NCBI RefSeq assembly: GCF_009914755.1
Contig: NC_060933.1
Source: the human T2T-CHM13v2.0 reference genome, Homo sapiens
Length of the DNA stretch: 64,000 bases
Direction: 5' to 3' (one strand)
Shown here: positions 46,581 to 64,000 of the stretch, in pieces
Layout of the letters: each line of letters starts with the position of its first letter
How positions within the stretch are numbered: the stretch's first letter is position 1
Translations under genes and position numbers: made by a program
The notes under the pieces: model-generated
The model's database searches: none
What the model was told of the DNA's origin: nothing
What the model saw: the letters and a program-made list of their open reading frames with translations, nothing else

Positions 46581-48389
46581 ACTTTTGTGTATAACAAATC
46601 CTATCATCAGCATGTTTTGCTTTTGTTCATTATTTTGAAAGATTAGAAATTCAGAAAAATCAAGAGAATAGTATAATAATCACACATAATCATTCCACCT
46701 AGATTCACAGCAAATATACAGGCATGTGTTCTCCCTTTTAAAAATGAACCAAACATCACAGATCAAGCTGCAGCCCTCCCAGCCACCCCCGGGCTCCCCT
46801 CTGGCCTCCTTTCTCCTGGGCAGGTCCCAGCAGGAGTGTCATGCATTTGCTTTTGCTCCAGTCATTCTCCCAAGTGCAGCTCCCGTGCTGGGTGGTTGGA
46901 GGCCTTATACCCTGAACCCGATGATGCAGAGAGGGACGCCTAGAGACACAGGTGGCAGGTGAGCAGCAGGCGAGGCAGGAGGAGCCATCCAAGGGAGGGC
47001 TCCATGAGCTGCCCCAGAGAAGGGGAGGTGAGAAGAGGGCCGGAAGCTGTTCCAGGCGCCTGATGGGCTCTGAGATCTGCCAGTTTCCTGACAATGGTTT
47101 AGTCATGATCACCTGCACACAGTCCCAGGGCCACTTGCAATGTCACCTGCACAGTTAGCCCCACCTCCCAGTGTCACCAATACAGTCACAGAGTCACATA
47201 GAATGTTCCCTGTACCATCAGCCCCATCACCCCATGTCAATCCAACACATACAACGTCACCTGCCCATTAGCGAGTCTCACTATGCACAGCCAACACTCA
47301 CTCATGCTGTCACCTGCACAGCCACGCAGTCACTCACGACCTCACCTGCTCACGCCCAGTCCCATCGCAGTGTCACAGGCACAGTCATGCAATTTCCACA
47401 GCAGCGTCCACACAGTCCCTCATGGTGTTGCCTGCACACAGCCACGCAGTGTCCCAGGCACAGTCACACACAATCCCACAGAGTCACCTGCCTGCAACCA
47501 GCCACGCACGGTCATTTGCCGTCCCATGCTTGCCGTCCCCCAGCCTTGCCAGGGGGTCTGACATCACAAACAGTGTCACAGGCAGACCCCTCCCCTGCAG
47601 AGCCCTGCCCACAGACCCCACTGCCCACCATGTGCCCGCCGGTCAGCCTGGGCTGGGGCTGCCCTGGTCAGAGGCCTGGGCCTGCCTTTGCCCTCAAGCT
47701 GGCTCTTCAGGAGCAGCTTGGGTTCCACTTGAGCCCCAAGGATGATACTGGAGCCGGGGGCCTGCTGCTGCTGGAAGCAGAGCCAACGCAAAGAAAAGCC
47801 TTTGTTCTTGGTGGGTCGGTCATTAAGAGGAGCCCGAATCCCTCTGCCAGCCCCTCCCCTCCAACAAAGGAACAAAACAGCAGCTATTTTTAGACTCGTG
47901 TCAAACTCCCCCTCAGACCCTGGGTGGGGAGTCCCGGTAGAGGGGCGTCTGCGAGGGCTCTAATGAGCCTGCGGCCGGCAGGTCCTGCTCTCCAGGCAGC
48001 TGGCCCTTGGCTCTGCCGGGGGAGAAGCGAGCCCAGGATACTCCAGAGACAAAGAGGAGGGCCAGACAATGAGAACAATGCCCGGAGCCCCAGGATGCCC
48101 ACTTCCAGAGAGCAACCCCCACTCTTTGGAAGGAGGTCTCCCTGGACACAGGGCAAGGGCATCAGGACACCCCCTACCTTGTGTAATCCTCCAGGCACCT
48201 CACTGGCTCCGTGTCCCAGAGGAGGCAAGTGACTTTCTTGGAGGGGCAGGTGATTTCTGCTACATGAACCTTGTGTGATGGGATACTCTGGATGGCCCAG
48301 ATCCAAGTCTGATGGTCCAGATCCCAGCTCTGCCCCTTACACTTGTGTGGCCTCAGGCCTCAGTTCCCCCACCTGTAAAATGGAGATGA

Positions 48390-48908
<519 letters not shown>

Positions 48909-49076
48909 TTAATGAAGGGTCCTTACCAGCCTTCAGCCCTACAGGCTTGACCCAGCTTAAGCCACTTTCTTCCCAAGCGCTGCTCCCCAGCCTCCTCTTG
49001 GAAAGAAACTTGCTGGCTAGGGTGGAGCCCTCGTCTGCAGGTGAGAAGCTGCCTCCCCAGGCTGGAAGTCCCATGC

Positions 49077-49110
49077 TGCAATGACAGCGTTCTGACACCA
49101 GGGGGCGCAG
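49077..49110 (+). promoter_or_regulatory. CTCF binding site (core plus upstream motif)
   Basis: ACACCAGGGGGCGC is 13/14 to CCACCAGGGGGCGC; TGCAATGAC lies 6 bp upstream of the extended core. Confidence 0.7.
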
Positions 49111-49953
49111 TCTCTTAAGGTTTCCACAGCAGCCTGGGTCCTTCCCGCGGGGGCCTGGAGGGCTGGAGAGGATGCGGCCCACCCGGTGGGGCACCTGCCC
49201 ACCCTCGTTAGCGGAGATCTACGGGGTCGTTCTAAAACTCTATGGAGCAGCAGCATTACAACCAAGTCATCATCCCTCAAAGCTTAGAAAGAAGCACTTC
49301 TTCAGGTCTCGCCTCCTCCACTGACTTTAAGCCACTTTCTAGTGCCCTGTCCTCAAAGACTATCTATGGTGACCCCCTTGCTCCCCAATTCTTGCCCAAC
49401 CAGACTTCAAGATTCCTTGTTCTGTCATCCTTCTGTTCCCCCAGCTGGGGAAGCCCAGACCATCAGAGCCGGAAGGGTCTTCCTAGTTGATCTCATGGTC
49501 TTCCAGCCCATTCTACAGATGGGAACACTGAGGCCCACAGAACAGAACTGCATCCTCCAGGCTGAACAGCAAGGAGGAAGCAGCCAAGACCCATGTCCAG
49601 GCTCTCTTTTTCAGCTGGCGCCATTTTGCTCATGGATTGTTTCACTGTTGTTCTAGGGAAAGGGAGAATGGGGAAAAAGGAGGGAAGAGAAGGGGAAAAA
49701 GGGAAGGGAAAAGGGAAAAAGGAGGAAGAAAGATCCTGAGCCTTCTTATTCTGTTCCAGACCCTAGGCGTTCCTCTTCACCCTCGGCATTTCCCTGAGTC
49801 CTCTACAAACCCTTGAAAAACAACCCATGATTATCTCCATTGATGGATGAGGAAAGTGAGGCCGGGTGAGGTTGCCCCAAGTTTCACAGCTAACAAATAA
49901 CAGTACCAGTATTTGCCCCAGGGCCATCTGATTCCCAAATTGTATATGGTTCA

Positions 49954-50395
<442 letters not shown>

Positions 50396-50714
50396 CCAAG
50401 GGAAACCCTTATCCTGAAGGTAAGAGCCATTTACTAGAATACTCTGGTGGCAGTGGGGGAGGGGAAAACCTATTTCTTTAGGTGCAAAACACCCTGGGGA
50501 GACTGCTATTCCCTCCACCCCACCCCCAAAGCCCAGATCAAGATCCTGGAGTGGCTGCCTGACTCTAGAGGCCCAAGTTCAAGAACTTCTGACCACAGAG
50601 GGGTCACACAGCATGGGCAGGAGGAGCTTTAGGGTGAAAAGTCCTGGGGTGGGAATGTGACTTCTCCAATGATGCCAGGGAGGACCCTTGGAAGAGAGAT
50701 GAATCTACATAGTA

Positions 50715-51040
50715 TAAACTTAGAATGTCACAGAATGCCACAGAATATCATGACTAGAATGCCACAGAGTGCTATAGAATGTCCAGGAATGTCGTAAAAT
50801 GCTCTGGAATGTCAAAGAATGTCACGGGGTATTCTGAATTCTTGTAAATGTCAACGGATGTCATAGAATGCTGCAGATCATTGTAAATGTCATGGAATGT
50901 CAAGGACCACCTTCCGAAGACAACGTCATCAGACAGTGCTGCAGATAGCTGTAAATGTCATGGAATGACTTAGAACATCATCATGCTAGACCGTTGTCGG
51001 GTGTTACAGAATGTCAGCACCACAGAATGTCACGGAAACT
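50715..51040. repeat. Degenerate ~10-mer tandem array (AGAATGTCAY)
   Basis: repeated agaatgtcac/ggaatgtcaa/aaatgtcat units. Confidence 0.8.
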
Positions 51041-51210
51041 TTGAGACAGCCGGAAAGGACTTTGGTGATCATCCAGGTTCACCTGCTCATTTTGCAGATG
51101 GGAAAACTGAGGTCCGGAGAGAGAAAGGGCCTTGTCTAGTGAAGCTCAAGCAGATGGTCGTTGGCAAATGCAGATTCAAAATCTGGGTCTCTGGACTCTC
51201 CACCCAGAGC
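51040..51210 (-). mobile_element. MIR3-like SINE
   Basis: gatcatccagg...cattttgcagatgggaaaactgagg. Confidence 0.75.
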
Positions 51211-51782
51211 AGCCTCCCTCGGCTCAAGGCTCTTGGGGACTAATTAACCCTGTGATGGAAACAATGGTGCCTAGTGGGTATTAAGCAAAACTCCCAGTTC
51301 TGACTGGCACTAGCCTTAAGTCAGAATGGGGAATTAACTCCACATGTGGGGCTTTCTGGTCTGGGAAGCAAAATAATGAGTTATTTGCACTGAAATCAAC
51401 ATTCCTGCTCTGCAGCAGAAAGAGGGTAGGTGTGTTGGGGGAGCCCTCGGAGGCCGCTCCCCAGGCCCTGTGTCAGAAAAGGTGCCCCCTGGCTTTCCCA
51501 GGAGACACTCCTGGCACAGACAAGGACTCCAAGGTGCCCAATCTTGTCAACAACTCTTGGCAGAGGCCCAGGGGCCCAGGAGGCTGTGAGGTGAGGGAGC
51601 AAGAAAGGGACCCCGGAGGGGGAACATCTGATGTCACATTGGGTCTTTCCAGCCAGATGTCAGACAGCCAGGAAGAGCATTGAGTGGATGGAAGTTAGTG
51701 GGAAGCGTTGGAGGAACCCTTTGGCTCTCTTGGCAAGTTTATAGGTGAGAGATGATGGAGGAAGGAAAAACAGGGCAAGATG

Positions 51783-52451
<669 letters not shown>

Positions 52452-53600
52452 TCAGAGCCCAGAGCCTGCCCAGGGTGTTCCCGTCCGTGAGGGGAGACTG
52501 GGCAGTGGCACTGAGCCAGCTTGCCAGGAAGGTCCCTCGGGCAGTCCCTGGGCTGGTCCTGGCTGACTAGAGCCACCATCACAGCTGAGGCGGGGAAACC
52601 TTGCCCCTTGGGAACTGGGCTGGCAGTGGCTCAGGGCATTACGCACCTACCCTCTTAGCAAAGCCATCCCTTCTCTCCGAGAGTTTCCTCCCTGAAGCTG
52701 TAAAAATAACAAGGTTCCTGCAGAGCCTGGTGGCAGAGCTGAGTTCAGGAAAGGGCACAAAGAAAAAATATACGGGAGGGAGAGGGTGAAGGGGCTCCAG
52801 CAGGGGCAGGCTGTGGTGCAGGAGGGTAGGGGAGGCCAGGGGTCATGGAGGACCACATTGGGGAGCTGCAGGGCGGTGCTCCTTTCCCTTGTCTGCACTA
52901 GTGAAGCTTTTCTCATGGGGCTCACGCCTGTGTGCTGCCGGACGCTGTCCATGTGGACACGTGTGCCTGGGTGCATGTGCTCGTGTGTACACGCACCTCT
53001 GGGGTCATTCTGCATGCTGGAGTCTATGTAGGTGACACAGGATTGCTGCAAGAGCTGAGGATAAATATGATAATGATATGCAAATTGTATGTGAGGCTTA
53101 GGAATAAGAGTAATAGAAGGCAGTGCTGGGTGCTCCTGGACCAGTCCCCTATGTGCAGGTTGGGCGCCATATTTATTCTTGTGCCAATGTCATGTACATT
53201 CCCTACCCCGCCCCCCACTCCATCCACCCTTTGCCACCCGGGCTCCCACCTCCTGAGTTATGATGAACTGGAAGAAAGGCATAGAGAGGCAGGAGCCCAG
53301 AGAGGGAGGGAAGGGGAGGGCAAGAGGAGAGAGGCTAAGATCAATGCGATGAAGAACTGAGATAAAGGAAGAAGAAGGAAGAGAAAAACAATAAGGGAAA
53401 CGGGGAACGTGGGGATTCCGTGTGTGAATCCCCACCCCCAAAGCCCAGATCAAGATTCTGGAGTGGCCGCCTGGCTCTAGAGGCCCAAGTCCAAGTGTGG
53501 GGTGAGAGATGGGGAAGCAGAGGGGAGCGGGGGAAGGTACTGTGGTGAGTTCTAACCTGGACCCTTGTTAACGATCTTGAAATTCAAGTAAAGGCTGAGT

Positions 53601-53695
53601 TTAGTTTAGTTTAGTTTAGTTTAGTTTAGTTTAGTTTAGTTTAGTTTAGTTTAGTTCAGTTCAGTTCAGTTCAGTTTTGTTTTGTTTTGTTTTGT
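53601..53695. repeat. Compound pentamer (TTAGT)11(TCAGT)4(TTTGT)4
   Basis: Alu tail-derived. Confidence 0.93.
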
Positions 53696-53992
53696 TTGAG
53701 ACAGAGTTTCAGTCTGTCGCCCAGGCTGGAGTGCAGTGGTGTGATCTCGGCTCACTGCAACCTCCGCCCCTGGGTTCAAGCAATTCCCCTATCTCAGCCT
53801 CCCGAGTAGCTGGGATTCCAGGCACGCTCTGTCATGCCCAGATAATTTTTTTTGTTTTTTGTTTTTTGTTTTTAGTGGAGACAGGGTTTCACCATGTTGG
53901 CCAGGCTGGTCTCAAATCCCTGACCTCAAGTGATCCACCCGCCTTGGCCTACCAAAGTGCTGAGATTACGGGCATAAGCCACCACACCTGCC
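53696..53992 (-). mobile_element. Alu (S-like)
   Basis: dimer. Confidence 0.92.
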
Positions 53993-54113
53993 CTGAGACT
54001 CTTTTAAAATTACTGTGTAATGGCTGGGTTTTGTGTTTTTGTGATTCTATGCTGAGACCAGGTCATTTGGGGCTACCAGCTATAGTCTCATCAGCTGTGT
54101 CCAGGGGAGATAG

Positions 54114-55200
<1,087 letters not shown>

Positions 55201-55349
55201 CAGCGATGAGATAGTAGCTCACATTCACTGAGTGCCATGCTGTGCCAAGCAGGATGGAAGCCCTTTATGTGCATAGTTTCCTCTTCCCTTCTCCACAGGC
55301 CGAGACAAGATCAGCACCCACACCATGCAGATGAAGAAACTGAGACTCA

Positions 55350-55739
<390 letters not shown>

Positions 55740-56087
55740 TCATTTTCTGTCTCCAAGCCTGGGGTGGAGCCTTTGGGCTCTGGATCCAGGCTGCCTGTGT
55801 TTGAGTCCTGTCTTCATCACTAATGTCACTGTGACATCCGGCAATTGACAGGTGAGCCCTGGTCCTTAAGGTCTTCCTCTGGAAAATGGGGTCCTAATAG
55901 CATCCACCTCATGTGGTTGTGAGAATGAAAGGCGTTGATATGGGCAAAGTGCTCAGCACTGTGCCTGGAGGCGGTGAGCATGCATTCTGTCAGGATCCCT
56001 AGGGGGCATGCATTGTCCATTGTGGAGCAGCCACAGCAGTCAGCATCGGCCGGAGGGCTGAAAGCTAGACAGGAAAAGTAGCTTGGA

Positions 56088-56708
<621 letters not shown>

Positions 56709-57439
56709 GCAGCTTGGGATGGAGACAAATGGGAGACCCTGAGAGATGGGAGTGGCATGGATGGGATGCTGAGAAAGAGAGGGGAGGGACAAGTCAAGGA
56801 TGTGTCCCAACTCTGGCCTGGGGTCCTGGGCTGGCAATGCTGTTCACTCAGCCCGGGGGCCTCAGAGGATGAGCAGGTAGGTGCAGGGCAGGCAGGTGGG
56901 CTGCCCTGGGGGTGATAAGGCTGTGGCTCCTGAGGCAATGCCCCCCCTCCCCCCCCCCACCCCATCTCTATCTCTTCTCAGCCAGGGAAGAAACCCACCC
57001 ACTTCCTCCCCTACTCTGACCAGCAAAGGCCTCCTCTGACCAGAGTCCCCAAGGAGTCCTGTGTGCCTGGCAGAGTCAAAGGGTGGACGCAGTCTCACCA
57101 CACCCAGCCAGGTTCTCGATCCAGCCTCAGGGATATTCCCAGGCGCCTGCTGGATTCTGGCATCAACCCGTGCTGAATTCGCCTTGGACCCTGCCAGGGA
57201 GGGGAACGCTTAGAGTACCATGGTATTTTCCATGCGTGATTTATTTCAATGTTCTCTCCTGAATCAATATTAATACCACTACCAAAAAAGCCAGACCTTT
57301 TAAAAATGAGGGGTCTACTCTTAGTTCATAATTCTGGGATTATTAGGGGGTGTGAAAGCCTTTTCAGTGTGTTAGGGAAGAATGGCTATAAGAGTGAAGA
57401 AGGCCGTGCACCTGCTGCTTTCTTCCGAGTGCTCCAAGT

Positions 57440-57824
57440 GTCTTTTTCTTTCTTTTCTTTTTTCCTTCCTTCCTTCCTTCCTTCTTTCCTTCCTTCCTTC
57501 CTTCCTTTCTTTCTTTCTTTTCTTTTTTCTTTGACACTGAGTCTCACTCTGTCGCCCAGGCTGGAGCACAGTGGGGCGATCTTGGCTCACCGCAACCTCT
57601 TGACGGAGCTTGCAATCCTCCTGCCTCAGCCTCCAGGACAGATGGACAGATAGAGTAGCTGGGATTGCAGGCATGTGCCACAATGCCTGGCTAATTTTGT
57701 ATTTTTCGTAGAGATGGGTTTCACCATGTTGGCCAGGCTGGTCTCAAATTCCTAGCCTCAGGTGATCCACCCCCTTGGCCTCCCAAAGTGCTGGGATTAC
57801 AGGTGTGAGCTGCCGTGCCCAGCC
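57440..57824 (-). mobile_element. Alu with CT-rich tail and altered right arm
   Basis: non-Alu patches at ~57600-57612 and 57635-57653. Confidence 0.88.
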
Positions 57825-58016
57825 CCAAATGCCATTTTTTAAAGATTAAAATAAATAAAAGTAACATTTATTTAAGTGATTCATGAGAAACAAAAATATT
57901 CACTGTGCAAGATTCACATGGCACAGAATGGTAAAAGAAAACAAAAGTCAGAAAAAGCCTACTTCCAAACATTACTAGTAACACCTTGGTGTATTTTCCT
58001 CCATAATTATTTTTTA

Positions 58017-58017
58017 C

Positions 58018-58064
<47 letters not shown>

Positions 58065-58374
58065 ATCTTTCTCTATTTCTATCTGTCTGTCTGTATCTAT
58101 CTTTCTATCTCTATATCTATTTATCATCTATCCATCCATCCTTTTGATCATCCATTCATCCATCCATCTACCTACCTACCTACCTGGCTATCTGTCCATC
58201 CATCTACCCATCCATCCATCTATCCGTCCATTCATCCATTCATCCATTCATCTATCCATTTATCTACCTACCTTCCTGACTATCCATCCATCCATCCATC
58301 CATCCATCCATCTACCTACCTACCTGTCTGTCTGTTCATCCATCCATCCATCCATCCATCCATCCATCCACCCA

Positions 58375-58375
<1 letters not shown>
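58017..58375. repeat. (TCTA)n/(TCCA)n compound tetranucleotide tract
   Basis: direct reading. Confidence 0.93.
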
Positions 58376-59350
<975 letters not shown>

Positions 59351-59954
59351 TGTATGTTTGTGGACGCCTTGTTCTCATGGGGCACATCGCCCTCCCCTTC
59401 CCTGATCCCCCTGGGTTGGGAACACCGCTGTCTCCCCTTCAGGTCAGCCTGCCCAGCACTTTAAAGCTAGGTCAGCATCCTCAGCTGCCTCGCAGCCAGG
59501 GCCGCTGCCTGCCAAGTCACTCCATTTCCTCACACTCTGTGTCCCACCCCCATCTGAGTCTGACACACTCTTGCCCCCTGGAGACTTCTTCCCGTGTGGG
59601 CCAGCTTCTAGTCCTTCCTTCCCCACACACCGTATTTCTGAGGTCCCAGACTGCTTTGGGCATGAATCTACCCAAAATACAACATGTATGTTTTTGTTAG
59701 TATGTGGTTGAGGTATTTACATATTTAAAAAAACACAATGCAACCAATGCTATTTCTGGCACACACCAGATCTGCTTAACCCACCTCTAATTTCGACTGC
59801 AGCTGGGGCGGACATTTAGGGTTTTTCCAAGGCAGCTGGAAAGTCCGGAGAGTTGACTGTCTTGGGGTCAACTTTCAGCCAACAAAGGTGTTGGGAGGTT
59901 GTTGGGGAACCAGTGGACAAATGTCTCTCTCTGTCAGCCGTCCTTTAGAGACCG

Positions 59955-60913
59955 TGGAGACCAAGGGAAGATTTCCCCTTCCCGCCTTGAAGGTTCACTG
60001 AAAAATCAATTCAGAAAGTCAGATTAATTGGAGAAAAGGCACACAAATATTATTCACAGGTACATGGAGGCTTCAGAATGAAGACCCAAGTCTACAGGGG
60101 AAATTGTCCATTTTTAAGTTTAAATTCAACCAAGTATGGACAGTCATGTGGAAATACGAGTGGACAAAAAGGGAATGATCTAATGCTAACAGATGGAGTG
60201 GGGAAAGCCAGCAGGGCCTGTCTGTCTAGATTCTTCTTGCCCTTTCTGAACAGCGCTCCTTCCTTCTGAGTATGGGACAGGACCTCCTCTGGAATGGGGA
60301 TCTTATGACCTACAAGCCAAACAAAGTAAGTCAGATAATTTCTTTATGGCCAGTTTTTACATAGAAAGCAGAGGGAAAGTTGGAGTAATATTTTTAAGGT
60401 TTTATGGTTGGCTTCGGGGAAAAGGGGTTCTGGTTTCTAGGAACCACCTTAGGGAAGAAGGATTCTAGTTTCTATGGCTAGCCTTGGGGGACAATGGGAC
60501 TTAGAGACAGAAGGGCAGGAGAAAGCCGGCGAAAAAAATTTTGCCTCGGTGGCTTAGGCCTGTAATCCCAGCACTTTGGGAGGCCAAGGCAGGCGGATCA
60601 CCTCAGGTCAGGAGCTCAAGACCAGCCTGGCCAACATGGTGAAACCCCGTCTCTACTAAAAATACAAAAAATAACCAGGCGTAGTGGTGACATCTGTAAT
60701 CCCAGCAACTCAGGAGGCTGAGGCACGAGAATTGCTTGAACCCAGGAGGTGGAGGTTGTAGTGAGTCGCCAAGATGGCGCCACTGCACACCAGCCTGGGA
60801 GATAAAGTAAGACTCTGTCTCAAAAAAAAAAAAAAAGAGAAAAAGAAAAAGAAAAAAAGAAAAACTTTTGCTTCTGAGGCCTTCATTTTGGGCTCTTGTT
60901 TTCTGATCCTAGC
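59955..60913 (-). mobile_element. ERV1 LTR (MER39/MER34-group-like)
   Basis: cttttgcttctgaggccttcattttggg; ttctagtttctatggctagcc; aaggggttctggtttcta. Confidence 0.65.
60547..60862 (+). mobile_element. Alu (Sx-like)
   Basis: dimer missing the extreme 5' end. Confidence 0.92.
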
Positions 60914-60928
60914 AAGACACAGTTCTCA

Positions 60929-61129
<201 letters not shown>

Positions 61130-61759
61130 CTAAGGTCAACCCTCATTTGCCCAGTCCAATAACACACCCTTTCCTGGCACTGCTCCTCCCCTGGCTCATT
61201 CCTCCTTCTCCCTTGCTCCAGTTTCCTGGTGTTACTAAACTCCCAGTCCCCAAGTCCTTGTCTCAGGCTCTGTTTTGGAGAAAGCTCAAACTAAGACATG
61301 AAGGGTGGTATCTAGTGAAGTCACAGCCTACTGACTAAGCTAACCAGAATCCTCCAGAAGTGGGCAGCTGACAAATTGCAACAGAAAGGGCCGAAACTCA
61401 CCAGACATCTAGGGTCAGGAGAATCTGTTCTTGGAAAATAGGCTGCCAGTGAGGTGCCCATCTCCTGCCCCCTGAACACAGGATTTGAACCTGAGAAAGG
61501 GGACTTGTCATTTGTCAGGGACCATAGAAGTATACTTACTTTAACTGCTCCCAGATGATGGCACATAAAGTTGCCTGGGGGAGACCTAGAACTAGAGGAA
61601 AGAGACCGAGGAACATCACCTGTGAGTCCACCTGTAGTAAGTGGGCAGAGGAGAGTGGCCTGACAACATGAGGCTCAGGGAAGTTGGTCTTTTTAAGTGC
61701 TTTTTTTTTTTTTTAGTTTTTGTGTTTCATTTTTGAACTAGTTTGTTTGTTTGTTTGTT

Positions 61760-62686
<927 letters not shown>

Positions 62687-62689
62687 TTT

Positions 62690-63005
<316 letters not shown>

Positions 63006-63183
63006 TTTTTTTTTTCTTTTTTTAATGTTGCTTTGACAGAAAACACTTGTTATCTTTAAACCTAGAAGAGATCATTGGATCAATAAAACATTTTAGAAAG
63101 CTAATGGAAAAGTGAACCAAAAACCTGAAAAAAAAAAAATCACAGTAAAATAAAGACAAATGACCAAGAGAAAAAAATGAAAA

Positions 63184-63678
63184 TGTCAAAGGCATTCAAA
63201 CCAGAGTGACTCCATCTTGAATAGGGGCTGGGTAAAATAAGGTTGAGACCTCCTGGACTGCATTCCCAGGAGGTTAGTTAGCTGGCACAAGGTCATAAAG
63301 CGCTTGCTGATAAAACAGGTTGTGGTAAAGAAGCCGGCCAAAACCCACCAAAACAAAGATGGCAACGAAAATGACCTCTGGTTGTCCTCACCGCTCATTA
63401 TACACTAATTATAATGCATTAGCAAACTAAGAGAGATTCCCACCAATGCCATGACAGTTTACAGATGCCAAGGCGACATCAGGAAGTTACCCTATATGGT
63501 CTAAAAGGGGGAGGAACACTCAGTTCCGTGAATTGCCTGCCCCTTTCTTGGAAAACTCATGAATAATCCACCCCTTATTTAGCATATAATCAAGAAATAA
63601 CTATAAGTATACACAGTTGAGCAGCCCATGCTGCTGCTCTGCCAATGGAATAGCCATCCTTTTATTCCTTTACTTTCT
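63184..63678 (+). mobile_element. MER41 (B-like) ERV1 LTR
   Basis: tgtcaaaggcattcaaaccagagtgactccatcttgaataggggctgggtaaaat; ggaagttaccctatatggtctaaaagggg; interrupted by Alu. Confidence 0.88.
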
Positions 63679-63679
63679 T

Positions 63680-63999
<320 letters not shown>

Positions 64000-64000
64000 T

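Noticed and set aside
47171-47893. 240-aa H/Q/S/P-rich ORF
   Set aside because: GTG start; derives from a cryptic cagtcac-rich low-complexity tract; no recognisable homology.
50715-51040. CRISPR-like repeat array
   Set aside because: No unique spacers or cas genes; primate DNA; a degenerate tandem repeat.

Overview
Primate genomic DNA. AluY copies are present, so it is catarrhine and most likely human or ape; I cannot name the locus. I see no protein-coding exon, tRNA, rRNA or CRISPR array, so the window looks intergenic or deep-intronic. Roughly 50 Alu copies or fragments sit among MIR, L2, L1M/L1PA, HAL1, MaLR/ERV LTRs (THE1, MLT1, LTR33, LTR16-like, MER39-like, MER41), DNA transposon relics (MER5, MER58, MER63, MADE1, MADE2) and many microsatellites. 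The ORF track is explained by repeats, low complexity and chance. Repeat boundaries are by eye (about +/-10-30 bp) and subfamily names come from remembered consensus diagnostics, not a search. The most notable signals are: (i) several fossil locally templated or fold-back insertion scars (27.5, 43.2, 45.2, 50.0, 53.4 kb) resembling Pol-theta/template-switch repair; (ii) a near-consensus CTCF site with its upstream motif at 49.08 kb; (iii) a MER41 LTR retaining both STAT GAS sites at 63.5 kb; (iv) an (AAGGG)17 tract in an Alu tail. I found no convincing novel gene system.
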